Origin: Takakia lepidozioides
Taxonomy: Eukaryota; Plantae; Bryophyta
Direction: 5' to 3'
NCBI GenBank assembly: GCA_030704615.1
Contig: CM060734.1
Coordinates: 16,368,001-16,432,000, forward strand
DNA length: 64,000 bases
In this document: piece after piece, positions 1 to 13,600 of the stretch
How positions within the stretch are numbered: the stretch's first letter is position 1
Layout: each line of letters opens with the position of its first letter
Position numbers and translations under genes: made by a program
Notes under the pieces: generated by a model
Seen by the model: the letters and a program-made list of their open reading frames with translations, nothing else
Database searches by the model: none
Told to the model about the DNA's origin: nothing

Positions 1-1439
1 CTTTACCAATGATTTCCAGATAACTAACAAACTATCATCTTTTGGCAGTACAATGTCAAAATCGCTTGTCTTATGATCAAAAACTATCTGAAAAGAAAGT
101 TGTACCAATATATGCATCTACATTTATGGCGACCAATGGGGAATACTCGTCCCAAATGTAAGAGAATCCAGGATCTCTAGTTCGTAAAACCCCCCTACTA
201 GGGTATCCCTGATATCCCTTGGAGTCAACGACTCACTTGAGTGACATGAAAAAGATGAAGAATAATTTCCCTTAGGCTCTTCCTCTTTGGAGAGAGTTCA
301 AGTCTTCCGGGAGAGAGGAGGGAAAATAAAAGCAAAAGCCAATAAACGTTTGAAAACACCCAACTCGCCCTCTTCGGAGAGAGTTGGAGTTCCCAGATAA
401 AAAATACTTCAAAACCGCCATTCTCCCCCACCGGACTGGGTTTGAATCCCCTAGATGATGTAAGAGAGATATGCGCGGTGCAAATTGATGATTCTACTCT
501 AAAATAGCCTTGGAAGGACTTTGGTTCTACACTGCTTTGACATGGCTTGCAGGGACCTCTCCTGGATTTGCAAAGCTCATTGTAAATCGCTCAATGTGAA
601 CTACGACCTCAACTCGAATCCGGAAGGGTCAAATGCTCCTAAATAGGATGCTTCTAGGAGTCCTAATCAGTGGCTCCGGTGTCAACAGAAAAGATTGGAT
701 ACCCAAGGACCCCTACACATGAAATAGACGCACAATTTCTAACCTAAGGTCCTAACTACCCTCAGGGCTCGAATGGACCTCTCATGGATTTCGTAAAGCT
801 CATGGTGAAATGCTTGACTTTGAAATGATTGCATATCGTTTGAACCTCAGAGGACCCTACTCTGGAATAGCGCATCATTTATATCTATCTACTGAAAGGA
901 GGTCACAGGCTCTTCTGGGTTTTCCTGAATCTGACGCCCTTCACTCATGTGAGGGGAGCAGCAATCACTGCTCTACAACTCACCTTTTACCCCCCTCACT
1001 GCTTCTGACTTTTCTCTCTCTACAAGGAATGCTACAGCGGGGTAAGGTGGAAATGACAAAAGGTTTAAGGTTAGAATCCCCATGCGGGAAGTCGCAGTGC
1101 TCCATGTCGGGAGCATCAGTATACTGCAGAATGCTTGATACAGCAAACATTTATTTTTTCTCGAGATATGCTTGAGCAGACATAGATATATTTTGTGCTA
1201 AAAGACAAATGATGATCGACGGTATGCATTGAACAAGAGTGCATATATTAGCCATTCCATTGTTCTTATTCTTAAACCTGTGGTTTTTCACTTGGTGAAG
1301 AAAAAAAAAAAAACTCATAACACGTGATTAGTAACGAAGATATATGAAGTCTTCTACTTGGCAATTGGATGGTCATAGCTTTCATAGCTTATGCCATATC
1401 AAACAAATTCTAATTCTACAACGTGGGTTAGATTACTGC

Positions 1440-1700
1440 ACTCTATGTGCCCCGTATCCCAAGGTCTATCCTTGTGGATTCCAATAACTACCCAAAAATT
1501 CACACTGGAGAACAAATCACCTCTTTAATGCAACTGCGTTGCCCCGCATCCCAAGATCTATCCTTGGAACTCCAAGAAAGGGTGTTCAATAACCTAGTTG
1601 GGTAAGAGCCCTACTGACTTCTTCCCAGTGGAGAAGTTTCATTGGATTATTGCAACTTAGTTGCCCCGCACTCCACTTCATTATGGAGCTCCAATAACCA
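1440..1700. repeat. Three degenerate ~100-bp repeats, probably in the 3' UTR of the Gypsy element
   Basis: GCCCCG(T/C)A-led motifs occur at ~1449, ~1541 and ~1663. The first two share CCCAAG(G/A)TCTATCCTTG; the first and third end in TCCAATAAC. Confidence 0.5.
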
Positions 1701-2053
1701 ACGAGTCCGTGGATAGGAAATACCAACATTTCCTTCCGACAAACCGGGACGAAATCCTAAAGATCTCTCCCTTAATGGGGGGATAAGTTCATTGGTTAAT
1801 GGAACTCACATGTAGTAGTGCCTGCACCGGACACCGTTTACCAGATTGGAGAACTCCACTCCCCGAAGTGTCTCCAATTGTAATGAGCCATTGTCAAAGA
1901 CTGTCTTGACTAAGTATAGTCAGGGTATGGTCCCATCCAATATGAGTCGAACTTGGCCTTGAACTCCTCGTTCTGACTGTCGAATAATAGTACCAGGTCT
2001 CCTGGATCAAAGATTCTCTTTTTACGCTTAAAATCGAAGCGAGCTTTCCTTCG

Positions 2054-2650
2054 TCATTGCATTGCCTCAATGTGCTGAGCTGTTGCTTGCCGGAGTTCAT
2101 CCAGTCCTTCCAACCTCTCAAGTCGTTCCTTTAATGACTCAGACGTCGCCAACCGTTCGGTGATAGCTAGTCGTAGAGATGGAATTTCTGTCTTGATTGG
2201 CATGATGGACTCTACCCCATAAACCAATGAAAAAATTGTTTTGGAAAGAATGTTGCATAGGGTTTGGTTGGCCAGCGCGCTCCACCTGCTCACTCGTTTG
2301 TGGATGATAAGGGGTCGCTTTGCAATGTTTGATGGAAAATGCCGCTATCATTTCCTCGATGACGTCGTTGATGAAGTGAGATCCCCTGTCACTCACTATC
2401 TCTTCGGGGCATCCAAATCGGGAAATGATATATTCATAAATGAAAGAGGCAGTCACCTGTGCGTTGGCCTTCTTAACCGCCTTTGCTTCTGCCCACTTGG
2501 TCAGATACTCCGTGGCTACAATGATGTAGCAATTTTGTCAACTTGATGCGGGGTGCACTTCTCCTACATAGTCGATTCCCCACTTCTCAAACGGAGCAAG
2601 AGAGAGTCTGGGAACTAACGGCATTCCAAGCCTGTTGTCCCTTTTGACAA
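2054..2650 (-). pseudogene. Integrase core of a non-chromovirus Ty3/Gypsy element (3' continuation of the pol at 12324-13790)
   Basis: The minus strand reads GMPLVP..PFEKWGIDYVG..YIIVATEYLTKWAEA..IISRFGCPEEIVSDRGSHF..TPYHPQT, which is an rve DDE core. It has stops, frameshifts and deletions. Confidence 0.92.
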
Positions 2651-2866
2651 TCCCTCATGAAGAATATGGCCAACACGGAGGGGATGAGTGCACTACAGGG
2701 CACTAGTATGGATGAGGTCGGGGGTCATGGCCAGGGATTGGATGAGAGCTCTGTGGGACTTAGGGGAACGCCGCCTCATTTAGGTGCTCTGGCAAAGGGC
2801 GCGGAGTCATCAGACTCATCAGATAGCTCTGAGTCCTCCACTGAGGATGAGGATGAGGATGACTAG
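2651..2866 (+). pseudogene. Last exon (acidic C-terminus) of CACTA ORF2, displaced by the 11-kb inversion
   Basis: After re-inverting 2651-13783 it continues in frame from the minus-strand exon at 13784-13850: FERKPSPVEYNYAKEHG*QSLMKNMANTEG...EDEDEDD. Confidence 0.75.
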
Positions 2867-3139
2867 TCCTAGTCCATGTAGGTCCCAGGGTCAGCCTACT
2901 GAACCCTTGTGAGCTTTTCAGCTCATTTCCTGTAAATATATTTCCATCTTTCCATCTTCCATCTTATTCATGTGTCGCACCGTCCTCACCCTCGATTCAT
3001 GCTTGCTCAATTGTGTACCTACTAAATCAGAGAAATGGAACTGTAAGGTCTCCCATCCCCAAATACAAAACCAGGCAAAAAACAAAAAACCACCCCCAAT
3101 TCACCCCCAAAATCAACCCCCAACCCCCCCCCCACCAGG

Positions 3140-3743
3140 CTGCCCTCGCGACTGCAGGACGTCGCCAATGGCGACGTGTTTTTTGGGCGGGGGTCGCACG
3201 CCGCGACGGTCGGGCGTCGCCAATCCCATTTGCGGGCGGCAACCCCCGACACCCCCTGTGACGTGTTTTTTTGATCCGGGGTCGCAAGCCGCGACGCCCT
3301 GGCGTCGCGTAGCCCGCCACCCTGCCTGCGCCACGTTTTTTTTTTTTTGGATTAAATATTTAAAAAAAACGATGCCAGAGCGTCGCCAAAATCCACGCCC
3401 GGGCGTGGCGTAGCCCGACTCCTGCTCCTGCTATTTTTTTTGCCACGCCCAATAGTCGCTGCCGCGCCGGCGCCCCCACCAATGTCGTCGGCTGGAGGGC
3501 CGCGATGGCGAGACGTCGCTCGACGGAGGCCCCTGCCATCGGCGCGGACGGCCTGAAAGCGACGTCCGGCAGTCGCGGGAGTGGGGCGGGGGCTCGCGAC
3601 CCCCACACGTCACATTTTGGCGACGTTATTTTGGCGACGACCGGGCGTCGCAAATTCTGCGCCTGCCGCGTGCCCAAAAAGGGCGTTTTCCCGACGCTGC
3701 GGCATGGCTCGAGCGTCGCAAAGGCCCCCCTTTTCCTGTAGTG
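3140..3743 (-). mobile_element. CACTA (En/Spm) left terminus: TIR plus GCGAC subterminal repeats
   Basis: The minus strand starts CACTACAGGAAAA at 3743, followed by dense GCGAC/GTCGC motifs. The flank 3744-3746 reads ATG on the minus strand, matching the TSD at 54261-54263. Confidence 0.93.
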
Positions 3744-3746
3744 CAT

Positions 3747-6700
3747 CATGGCATTCTCTCAAGAGACCATCTCTGAGCCCTCCCTTCGGCACGTAGAGGC
3801 GCTTTTGCTTATACCGAAGCAGTCCTTTATGCAAGTGGAACTGCGACTTAACCCCCAGCCTCAAGTCCCGCAATATCGACTTTGCGAACTCATCCTTCCG
3901 ATAGGCCTTCCGAAGTTTCCTCTGCAACACCGTCTCGCCCTCGTTCATCAACATGAGCTGCTGCTTTCTACTCAGAGCATCGGCCACCACATTGTCCCGT
4001 CCTGGTTTGTATTGGATATCCACGTCGAACACTGCCAAAGTGTCTTGCCACTTAATTTTTTTTTGGGACAACTTAGGCTGTGTGGCAAAATACTTCACCG
4101 TGACATTGTCCGTGAACACCTTCACCGGGTTGGAACCAACATAGTGGCGCCAAAGCTCAAGGCAATGCACCACTGCCTTCATTTCTTTCTCATGCGTGGG
4201 CCACTGTCGCTCCACTTCATTCAGTTTCTTACTTTCGTAAGCTACTGGACGTCCATCTTGCATCAGCACACCCCCAATGGCGAAGTCTGACGCATCCGTG
4301 TGAATCTCGAATGGACGATCGAACTCCGGGATCTTCAAGACTGGAGATTTCGCCATTTGCTGCTTCAACTCGGCAAAAGCTTGGCCACAAAAAGTGTTTC
4401 ATACCCATACCTTGGACTTACACAAAAGGTCTGACAGCAGCCCCGCGATCTTGGCGAAATTTCTCACATACTTTCGGTAGTAGGAGGCGAGTCCCAGAAA
4501 GGATCGCACTCCCGGGACCAAAGTCGGAGGTTCCCAGTCCAAGATCGCCCTCACCTTTTTGTCATCCATTTTGATCCCATCCTGTGTAATCACATGCCCT
4601 AGGAACTCCACTTTCGTGACCCCGAATTTGCACTTTGAAGCTTTGGCATACAGCTTCCCTTCCCGCAATTTCTGGAACACCCTTTTGAGGTGCTCCAGGT
4701 GCTCTTCCTTCGTTTTCGAGTACACCAAGATGTCGTCGATGTACACGATCATAAAATCATCCAACCACTCCTAAAAGAGGCAATTCATCAGGGTGCTAAA
4801 GGTTGCTGGCGCGTTGGTGAACCCAAAAGGCATCACCAAAAATTCGTACGAACCATACCTCTGCAAGCTGTCTGTTCCTCATCTCCTTCCGCTATCCGGA
4901 TCTGGTGGTAGCCTGAGCGTAAATCTATCCGGCTGAAATACTTTGCTCCTGCCAACCGATCGAAGAGGTTGTCGATCCTTGGCAAAGGGTACCGGTTTTT
5001 GATAGTCACCTTATGTAGAGCCCTGTAATCGACACACATCCGCAACGTCCCATCCTTCTTATCTGCGAATAGTACCGGGGCTCCGTAAGGTGTTTTACTT
5101 GGCTGGATGTACCCCTTTGCCATTAGATCCTTGAGCTGGGCCTTCAGCTTGACCAACTCTCTGTGGCTCAACTGGTAGGGCGCCTTAGCAGGCGGCTCCG
5201 ATCCCGACACCACCTCTATCTTGTGGTCAACTCCTCTTCGCGGTGGCAAGCCGCTTGGTAAATCCTCCGGCATCACATCTTGGTATTTCTTCAGGATCCC
5301 CTTGATCCAATCTGGGCTCGGCTCCCTATCGACTTCTCCTTCCACTTGTCTCACGTAAAGCAAAAATTGGGGCTCGTGTGGCTCTTCCACGGCCCATTCC
5401 TTTGCTATCAGCAGGTTTATTCGCCCTCCCACTCGGTTGGGTGTTTCCGACACCCGTAAAACTTCGCCACCATTCCCACACGGTAGCGAGACTACTCTTT
5501 TGCGGCCATCTATGACCGCTCCGGATTTGCTCAAAAAGGTCATCCCCAAAATGAGATCCACTCCATTGATCTCGCAAATGGTGAAGTTCTCACGTCCCTC
5601 CCAACTCCCCAGCTGAAGAGGAACATCGAACGTCACCCTTGTCGCTAGTTGTGGTTCTCCTTTGGCACATCGCACTTCAATAGAGGCCCCCACATCACTT
5701 GTCGATGCCATTGCCGGTGTCATGAAGGAGTGCAACGCTCCTGTGTCCACCAACAATGACACGTTAGTTCCGGAAATTATCCCGCTCACAAACATCAACT
5801 GACTTCCTTTTCGCAAATCTCCCGTCTCCTGATACAACTCACAAGAGTAGTTGCCTACCTTGCAAGTCTTGGCGACCACCGCCTCCACCAAGCGGCTGAT
5901 GGATTATTTGGACAGCTCCGTGGTCGCCCGAGTCATGTTCAACTGTCATGGTTTCAGGCACTTCTTGGCCATGTGCCCGGGCTCCCCGCAATTAAAGCAC
6001 ACCCCATCAAAGGTCGTCTTCTATCCGCCATGAGCCGACGCACCTGATTTTCCTTTTGGAGCATCGGGTGCCGCCTTGATATGCAAAGGACCTCCTTTGT
6101 TTTCCATGCGCCATTGTTGCAGCGTGGCCTATCCCACTTCTTTTCCGGTCGGAAGGAGTCACCCTCTCGCTGGACCTTCTTGTGGTTCAGCTCCGTACGG
6201 CCCTGTCTTTCACCCCTAGGGACATCCGAGAAACATTCAACCCTTTCAATTGCCTCGTTCAAAGTCTTTGGTGGCCTCTCCTCCAACTTCCGCCTGGCCC
6301 ATGGGGCCAGTCCCGCCACAAAGTTGAAGACCATTTCTGGTTCCGCCATATCTGCAACTTCATGCAAAAGCACATTGAAAGCCTGAACATATCCCCGAAT
6401 GTCATCCGTTTGCTTCAAATTCCTCATCTTGTCCCAGGCGAGCCAGGACGAGTTGAGGGGCACAAACTGTCTTTTCATAAGTTCCTTGAACCCACTCCAG
6501 CTCAAGGTTTCTGGGTTTGGCCCTTGGTCATGAAGGCGCTTCTACCACCATTGTTGAGCATAGCCCCTCAATAGGTAGGAGCCACTTCCACCCAATCCTC
6601 GTCACTCAACATGGCCGCCCGGAAGTACTGCTCCAGCTCCAAGAGCCAGGTGTTGAGTGCCTTCCAATTTCGGACGCCCTCAAAGGTGCCGGGTTCCTTA

Positions 6701-7016
6701 GGCTTCACCTTAAACTTGGCCTTAGTGGAAGTGGCATTAGCCGCCCTCATCACGTTTTCAGCGTCTCGCCAAACTGCGCCAACAACCCTTCCCAAAAGGC
6801 TGCTGGCATGGGAGGCATCTGTTGGTCTGGCGGAGCCTTTGGGAAGTCCTCGGGCTCCGACTCCCCAGATTCCTCTCACTCTCGAGTAGCCTCGCTTTCA
6901 GAAGCAAAAATCGCCTCTTCCATTTGCCGCTTCGGTGACACGTCGCCCCCACCGGGCTCACTAGGATCATCGTCTTTCGGGCCGTTCCGCTTTCGCTTTG
7001 TCTTGCCCGACCCTAT
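3747..7016 (-). pseudogene. gag-pol of chromovirus copy A (start codon mutated to ATA, frameshifts, stops)
   Basis: ORF pieces 6568-6879, 5954-6505, 4833-5891, 4399-4764 and 3610-4368 are colinear with the gag-pol at 55749-60279. Confidence 0.93.
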
Positions 7017-7057
7017 GGTGAGGCCGATCTCAAGGACAATCGCGTACTGAACTCTAA

Positions 7058-7069
7058 GCTCTGATACCA
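7058..7069 (-). promoter_or_regulatory. Primer-binding site, initiator tRNA-Met
   Basis: TGGTATCAGAGC lies 2 nt after the LTR end (..GCGCGACA). Confidence 0.92.
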
Positions 7070-7071
7070 AG

Positions 7072-7810
7072 TGTCGCGCACCTCACTTCGGTAAACTCCC
7101 CTTCAAGTCAAGTTACTTGCTTTGATGTGCGCGCCTAACTCCCAAACTGGCCGCCGGGCCAACTCGGAGCTTCGACTACTCACCGGGGCATAACAGTCCC
7201 CCTTGCGCCTCCAAAAGATCCTCCACCACTTTGGGCCTAGTGGAAATTCCCTTTGGTAGATGGCAGTCTGGAATAGCTCCCCACACCTTGGTCGCTTTCC
7301 GGCTCGCACGCTTACTCACTAGTTTTTGGTCACCAACGGGCTTGCACCGTTCTCGGGGTTACTACTCCCTATATATACTTCTGTAGGTGTCCGCGGGGGT
7401 TCCACGTCCAAATCTAGTGCACCACCACCTAGACCCTCAACCTTCCGTGGTGAGTCGCGGTGAGTCTTGGCCCACCCACCACGGCCCCAATGGACCGCGA
7501 TGAGTCCCAAGACTCCCCACGACTCCCACTACAAGGCCTCAGCCTCATGGTGAGTCCTATGCGACCCCCACTACGACTCCCTACGCTACCACCACCCCTC
7601 GTGGAGCCCCCACCACCGCAACTCAGGGCTCCACCTAGTGAGTGCCTCCGCCTCCTTGAGTGCCTTCGGCACTCAAGGGTGCTTCAACCCCCTTTCCTAT
7701 TCGCTGCCACTGCCCCCACCACAGGGGCAGCCCCTCTTGTGTCCTCCCCCCCCCCGCCCTCAAGGTAAAGGGCGCGCCTTCCGGTTTTTGGGTGCACCTG
7801 TGGCAAGACA
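7072..7810 (-). repeat. 5' LTR of chromovirus copy A (739 bp, TG..CA)
   Basis: It matches the reverse complement of 62863-63567. The flank 7811-7815 (CTCAA) is the reverse complement of TTGAG at 63568-63572, giving a 5-bp TSD. Confidence 0.92.
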
Positions 7811-7815
7811 CTCAA

Positions 7816-9331
7816 TTACTTAAGCGTGGAGGCAGCCGTGGCCCAGCCGCGACGTACGGGCCCGGGCCCCAGCGCTGACCTTAGTCGTATTGAGATCAAG
7901 TGCACCAGCCGTGTGTGGCCCAGGCACAAGGCGCTGAAGCGTGTAAACAGGGCGCGGGTCTTTAACCCGCTAGATAAACAATACTGTTGGCAAACCGGCG
8001 GTCGCCGGCTTTAACTGCAGGGGTCCCTAGCGCGGACCGCTCCGCGCGGAGCCACGCCACGCCCCGTGGCGGGGGCGGTCTATCCGGCGGGCAACGCAAC
8101 TGCGATTTCTTTAAGGGGGGTTACTCTTAGCTATTTGTTTTAATTTGCACCCCTTTAAGGGTTAGGGGCCTATATACCAGGGCTCCCATGGTAGATAAAA
8201 TCTAGGATTTGGGGAGGCCATAGCCTTTGGAAGGAGCTTCCTTATGAATCAGAGAGGGAGCCGAGCGGTTCTATGAGCTCCGAGCTAGAGGCTGAGACCT
8301 TGAGAGACAGGGGAGGAGCAAAAGTACTCTATCCTAAAATTTAGGCTATAGTGACCCATTGTGTCGGAGCCCAAGGTAGGGGATGATCTTTTCCAATGAG
8401 GGAAAGCGCACCATCTCCCTTGAAGTAATATAAAGGGGTGTGATCTGGCTTGGACCCACCATTTATTTTATTATTTGAGCATGCATGTTTTGGACTAATG
8501 AATGTAGTGGCAGGGATGAACTTTGAACGAGATTCACCGCGGGCAGGGCACGGCCCCCGGGTGTTCCCAGGTTATACCTTGGTTCCCAAAGGGTTCCCAA
8601 TATTATTTCTAGGTGCCAAGGGCATCTTTGGATCCCCCGCACAATTTCCCACAGGGGAGGTATTTTCTGGATTTTCCTGATATTATTTATTTTCCTGCAT
8701 TTTTTTATTGCGAAAATATCTAAATAGGCTTAAATGCGATTTAACTTATAGAACTTAGGGGAACTTATTGAACTTATTGGACTTATTAATCTAAGCCACC
8801 TAGGGTGACCTTATTGTACCCTTTTTACCTATTGGATTGTGATAGGTGTTATGGCCCCCCTCTTGTGCTAAAACAAATTACTTGGGCACCGAGGCAGGGA
8901 AGGATTGGCCCTTCCAGCGGAGTGACTTGAACTCAAGCACCCGGAGAAGGAGAGGCATTGGGAGAGGGTGATTACCATTCTCCTCCCTAGGCTTGGTAGG
9001 TGCCTTGTGAAGGGATTGAAATGCATCCTGACTATAGGCGGCTCGGAGGCTGAGGCAGTAGGACTTAGCTAATAAAAGACTTGGAAGGCAGTTACTGAAC
9101 TGACAAAGTTGTAGTTCCGTAGGACTTAGAAAACGCAAACTCACCCTGTGAGAGGGAGTACTCCACTCCGTCTTGCCGGTAGGAATTAGTTAACGAATGT
9201 CACCCATCTACGACCCCCTGTACTAACCGCAGTCGGGTAGGCGGTTCAATGAGCCCAACCTACACCGCGACTTACCATGGCCCCTTAGCTAATATATTGT
9301 CACCCTGACCGCGCGCGCTCAGGGCTCGCCA
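7816..9331 (+). repeat. Probable distal part of the 5' LTR of the non-chromovirus Gypsy element
   Basis: Non-coding, with TATA-like motifs, and ends ..CGCCA 5 nt before a PBS. No partner LTR is seen in the window. Confidence 0.5.
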
Positions 9332-9336
9332 TAAAA

Positions 9337-9354
9337 TGGTGCGTCTGCCGGGAG
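9337..9354 (+). promoter_or_regulatory. Primer-binding site complementary to plant tRNA-Gly(UCC)
   Basis: TGGTGCGTCTGCCGGGAG matches the reverse complement of the tRNA-Gly(UCC) 3' end plus CCA, as recalled from memory. Confidence 0.8.
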
Positions 9355-9573
9355 ATAAGTAAATAGTCAGGCTTGTCCAAACCTCAGATGGAAGAAGAGT
9401 GGACGCCTATCATTCTCTGCAAGGATCTCGTTCTTTCACTCTATCTAACTTTTATTGTTTTGTATCTTTTGTCTCCGGCAGGAAAAGGCCGAGGAAATAT
9501 TTAGGTGCGTTTAGATACATTTCTCACCTTTGAGCACACGTTGCTAACCTCATGGAGAATTTCGAGTGGCATT

Positions 9574-10236
9574 ATGGCTACACCAGCGGAGTTCCCTCGC
9601 CGGGAGCATTCCTTTGAGTACCGGGTGATCGGACTCTATCGCATCATTTCCAGCACCAAGACTGGCGATGTACCTGGCCACGAGGCCACCGTGACTTGTA
9701 GGTTAATGCGACGACGCATCTTGACCATTGCAGAGGAGTATCATGGGTATTGGATCTTAGCCCGGGTTGGACCCCGAGGCTCTAGAGCCCACACGGCTCC
9801 TATTTCTACATTCTTTCGGTTCAACACCCGTTGGTCGGGCTGTTGTCAGTCACCTTTTCTTGCTTATATTCATTTTGATTCGGCCCTTGAGGTCCATCTT
9901 GTGTGGCAGGTGGCCTACTTGGCTTGTTGTGCGTTGTGTCGCACCATCACCGACACCCTGTTGTACACGTGCAGCAGGATCGCTAGGCGGTCGGCCCCGT
10001 TGAGAGAGTGTGTAGGACGTGCTATGTGCGGTCATTACCCCGCCTTCGTAGATTGGCTAATTAGAGTCGGCCCAGGAGAGGACGGATTCGAGTGTGAGCG
10101 TCTCCCACATCCGAGGAGGTCCTGTCGGCCATTCTTACCACCCCGGTACTATCACCGAGGGACCACGCCAGCAGCTCTTTTAGATGGTTCATATCTTTCA
10201 ACATGGATGAATCTAGTGACTATAATTTTTCCATGA
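9574..10236 (+). CDS. Extra ORF of unknown function between PBS and gag-pol
   Basis: Uninterrupted ATG-initiated frame (MATPAEFPRREHSF...) of ~220 codons with no recognised motif. Confidence 0.4.
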   Translation: MATPAEFPRREHSFEYRVIGLYRIISSTKTGDVPGHEATVTCRLMRRRILTIAEEYHGYWILARVGPRGSRAHTAPISTFFRFNTRWSGCCQSPFLAYIHFDSALEVHLVWQVAYLACCALCRTITDTLLYTCSRIARRSAPLRECVGRAMCGHYPAFVDWLIRVGPGEDGFECERLPHPRRSCRPFLPPRYYHRGTTPAALLDGSYLSTWMNLVTIIFP

Positions 10237-10699
10237 TCATCAAATCAAGACTCTGAAAAACCTTAGGACTTCTTGTGTAGGCCACACAGTGGATTTTTTC
10301 TAGCCACCGTAGTTTGCTTTCACCCATAGCATGTATTTTGCTACCCCAATGCAGATAGCACAACGACCAAAGCCAGATCAGGCAGGTCCATCCTACTCAT
10401 GGGGTAATACCGCTCAGGGACAGAATTCCCGAGCAGCTTATTGAAATCCTGCGGCTCAGATAGCCCAGGGTTCTTCTAACACGTGGTCTCCCCCTCAGGA
10501 TGTAAGGGTGCAGGGAGGACATCAAGCGTCCACTTTGGCGCCGCCTCAGCAGCAGCATACCAACGTACAACCAAGTCATGCAATGCGCCCACAGGAGACG
10601 AAGCAGAAAGTAAATTGGATTGCGAGTGAGCCAAGAGCCACTCCAACCACGACAGCTAGCCCTGAGAAAGGTAGCTACGTCGTGCTGACTCGACAGCAA

Positions 10700-13600
10700 T
10701 GAGATATGCTAAGGAAAGGCCCTCGGTATGTGGCGTCGGAGTCAGCCATGTCCACGTCAGAGCAGGAGGATCTAAACTTCACTATATTGAAGTCAGATGC
10801 ACGAAAGGTGGCAGAGACTGTGCTTCGGGAAGAGGAGAACATCCACCCCAAAGAAAAGGAGGTAGCATTCGCGGAGACAGAACTTCCAATAGTCCGACCA
10901 ACCATTTGTCGACCACCTGTAGCAAGAGCAAAAAGTCTGGCAAATCGGCCGGCGGCACCAGAAAAGCTTCCCCCGGAGGAGAATGCATTCAACCGTGCGG
11001 TTCACAGACGAGCTGGAACCATACAATCTAATGGAGGATCTTTGCCACATTCAGACAAACATTATGTTTGCTCAACTCATAGCCATGACGCCCACAGTCC
11101 GTCACGCTCTCAAAACATCTTTGGTGAGAAAACGGGTAAGCACTTCCGCTCAAGCCCGCCACATTAATGCCCACATCGACCTAGGACCAGTGGAGATAGA
11201 AGTGGAAATTGCTGACCGATTTATACGGCGTTGTTTAGTGGATGATGGGAGCTTAGTCAACATCATGTTGTTCTCCACTCTATCCAAACTAGGTTTTACA
11301 TGACAGGAGAATCCCCTTTGACAATCAGGCTAGCTGACCAGCAGAAGATCCGACCAGTGGGTCACATAGCCAATGTGAAGATGAAGACTTCCAAATCATA
11401 GAATTCCCCATCGATGAATATTCGTACGCACTCCTATTAGGGAGGCCATGGTTGGTCTAGTCTAGAGCACGAACGGACTGGGGGCAGGCACCATTACTTA
11501 TGGGGTAAGACCTTACACTACTACCGTTGCATTTCTTTCTGGAGCACCTCATGAAGAGACAGATGAGGATGAGCTCAACATGATTGGCTCTGAAGAGGAG
11601 TCTGTAGACTTGAGTGAGGAGGATTTAAAGTCAGAGGGGGAGCTCCTTCCCACCTCGCACGCCCACCAAGTTTGACAACATCTACCGCGCCTCACAGGGA
11701 GGTTAAGTGAAGGAAGGTAGGACTAGAAGACGCAATCAAGTCTCTAGGACCGAGATTATATGAATGCAAGTCTGATGCAGACTACATCACCTGGTTGTTC
11801 GGAGGAAACCAAGGCAGGGAAGTGATGGTATACTCGGTATCAACCGAGGCACTTCCGGAGTTCAAATTGTTGACCGAGCTCTTTTCCATGTCCGCCAAAC
11901 AGGTTGGTCTGCAGGAACAAGAGATTCCTCAGAAGGAAAACGGCGAGATTATTGACATGAGAATTGTAGGGGAGGCCGACTTGGAAAGGGATGTCATGAA
12001 ACATAGCGCCCCCTACATTCGCTATTTGCAGCAGGGATCAAGCAGATCTCGGTTTGAACCAGGATCGACTTTCACGTCAGAACCGACATTGCAGTTGGTG
12101 GACATGTCAGTTGGAGGAGAATCACCAAAGATGGTGAAGGTGGGAGCCCACTTGACAGCAGAGCGGCCTTTAGAGCATCAAGCGCTGTTCAAGGAGTTTC
12201 GGGATATCTTTGCATGGTCCTACACCGAATTGAAGGGAGTACCTTCTTACGTGGCAATGCATTCCATTCCCCTGATTCCAGGAGCTACCCCAAGACGACA
12301 ACGAGAGAAAAGGATGAATCTCGGTGCAACGCAAGGATCATTTCCCCTTGTCATTCATAGATACCTTGGTGGGAGAAGTAGCAGGGAAGGAACTCTACTC
12401 TTTCATGGATGGGTTTTCCGGGTACAATCAGGTGTTGATTGACCCAAAGGACGTGTTGAAAACCACCTTTACTTCACCTTGGGGGACATTTGCCTATACA
12501 AGGATGCCCTTTGGTTTGTGCAACGCACCCCTGACATTTCAGAGGGTAATGACATATGCATTCTCATACATTGTAAGGAGGAAGTTAGTCATCTTTTTAG
12601 ATGACTTTTGTTGCAATGGAAATGCAAAGGATCACATTGCCGTATTACAGGAGTGCTTCATCCGGTGCAGAGAGAATGGGATCTCTCTCAACCCAATGAA
12701 GTGCGTGTTTGCAGTCACACATGGACTGCTATTAGGGCACATAGTGTCCAGAGAGGGCGTGGCGACTGACCCAGCAAAGGTGAGCGCCATAGTCGAGCTT
12801 CCCGCACCAGAGACATCTTCTAAGGTGAAGGGATTCCTTGGCCACACAGGGTGGTATAGGAAATTTATGGACAAGTATGCAGCAGTGGCCTTACCTCTGA
12901 CTCGATTATTGAAGAAGAACCAGATATTTTCTTGGGATGCAGGGTGTCAGGAGTTTTTCGAGACACTCAAGCAACGCTTGGTTTCCGCCCCAGTATTGAC
13001 AGCTCCCGATCGGAACAGGCCTTTCCATGTTTACGTTGATGCTTCAGCGGTGGCCGTAGGCTGTGCCCTTTGCCAACCAGATGCTGAGGGCCATGATCAT
13101 CCGATATCCTTCGCCAGTCGACAGCTGACCTTCGCGGAAACAAGGACGTATAGCACCATGGAGCGGGAGGCTCTGGGAATGATTTTTGTCGTGAAGAAGT
13201 ATCGGCACTATTTGTTGGAGACACCTTTCACATTTTTCGTTGATCACATGGCATTACGATACCTGATCAACAAGCCCGATTTGACGGGGAGAATAGTCAA
13301 GTGGATTATTCTACTTCAGGAATTTGACTACAAGGTAGTCTACAAGCCCGGAAGGCTTAATGCTCAGGCCGATCACCTTTCCCAATAATCGAAGAAAATA
13401 GGAGACGAGCCTATTGACGATGATTTTCCGGATGCATTCTTGTTCTCCATAGAGACAGTTCCTCCATGGTATGAGAACATTGCTCAATATTTGAGCACCC
13501 TGGAATTTTCCCCAGGAGTGGATCGACATGCGCGACGAAGGCTACAACTGCGCAGCGTGAAATTTGCTCTTGTAGGAGGGCAACTTTATAGAAGGGGATT

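Larger units (their letters stand above)
3744..7810 (-). mobile_element. Chromovirus (Ty3/Gypsy) copy A, 5' half: LTR, PBS, gag, protease, RT, RNase H
   Basis: Motifs: gag with zinc knuckle, protease [22 protein letters not shown], RNase H HTDASDFAIGGVL. It stops at RECHD where the CACTA inserted. It is highly similar to 54968-61402. Confidence 0.95.

Noticed and set aside
225-1175. Short ORFs at the window start
   Set aside because: They have no recognisable motifs and are probably the Gypsy 3' region or other decayed repeat.
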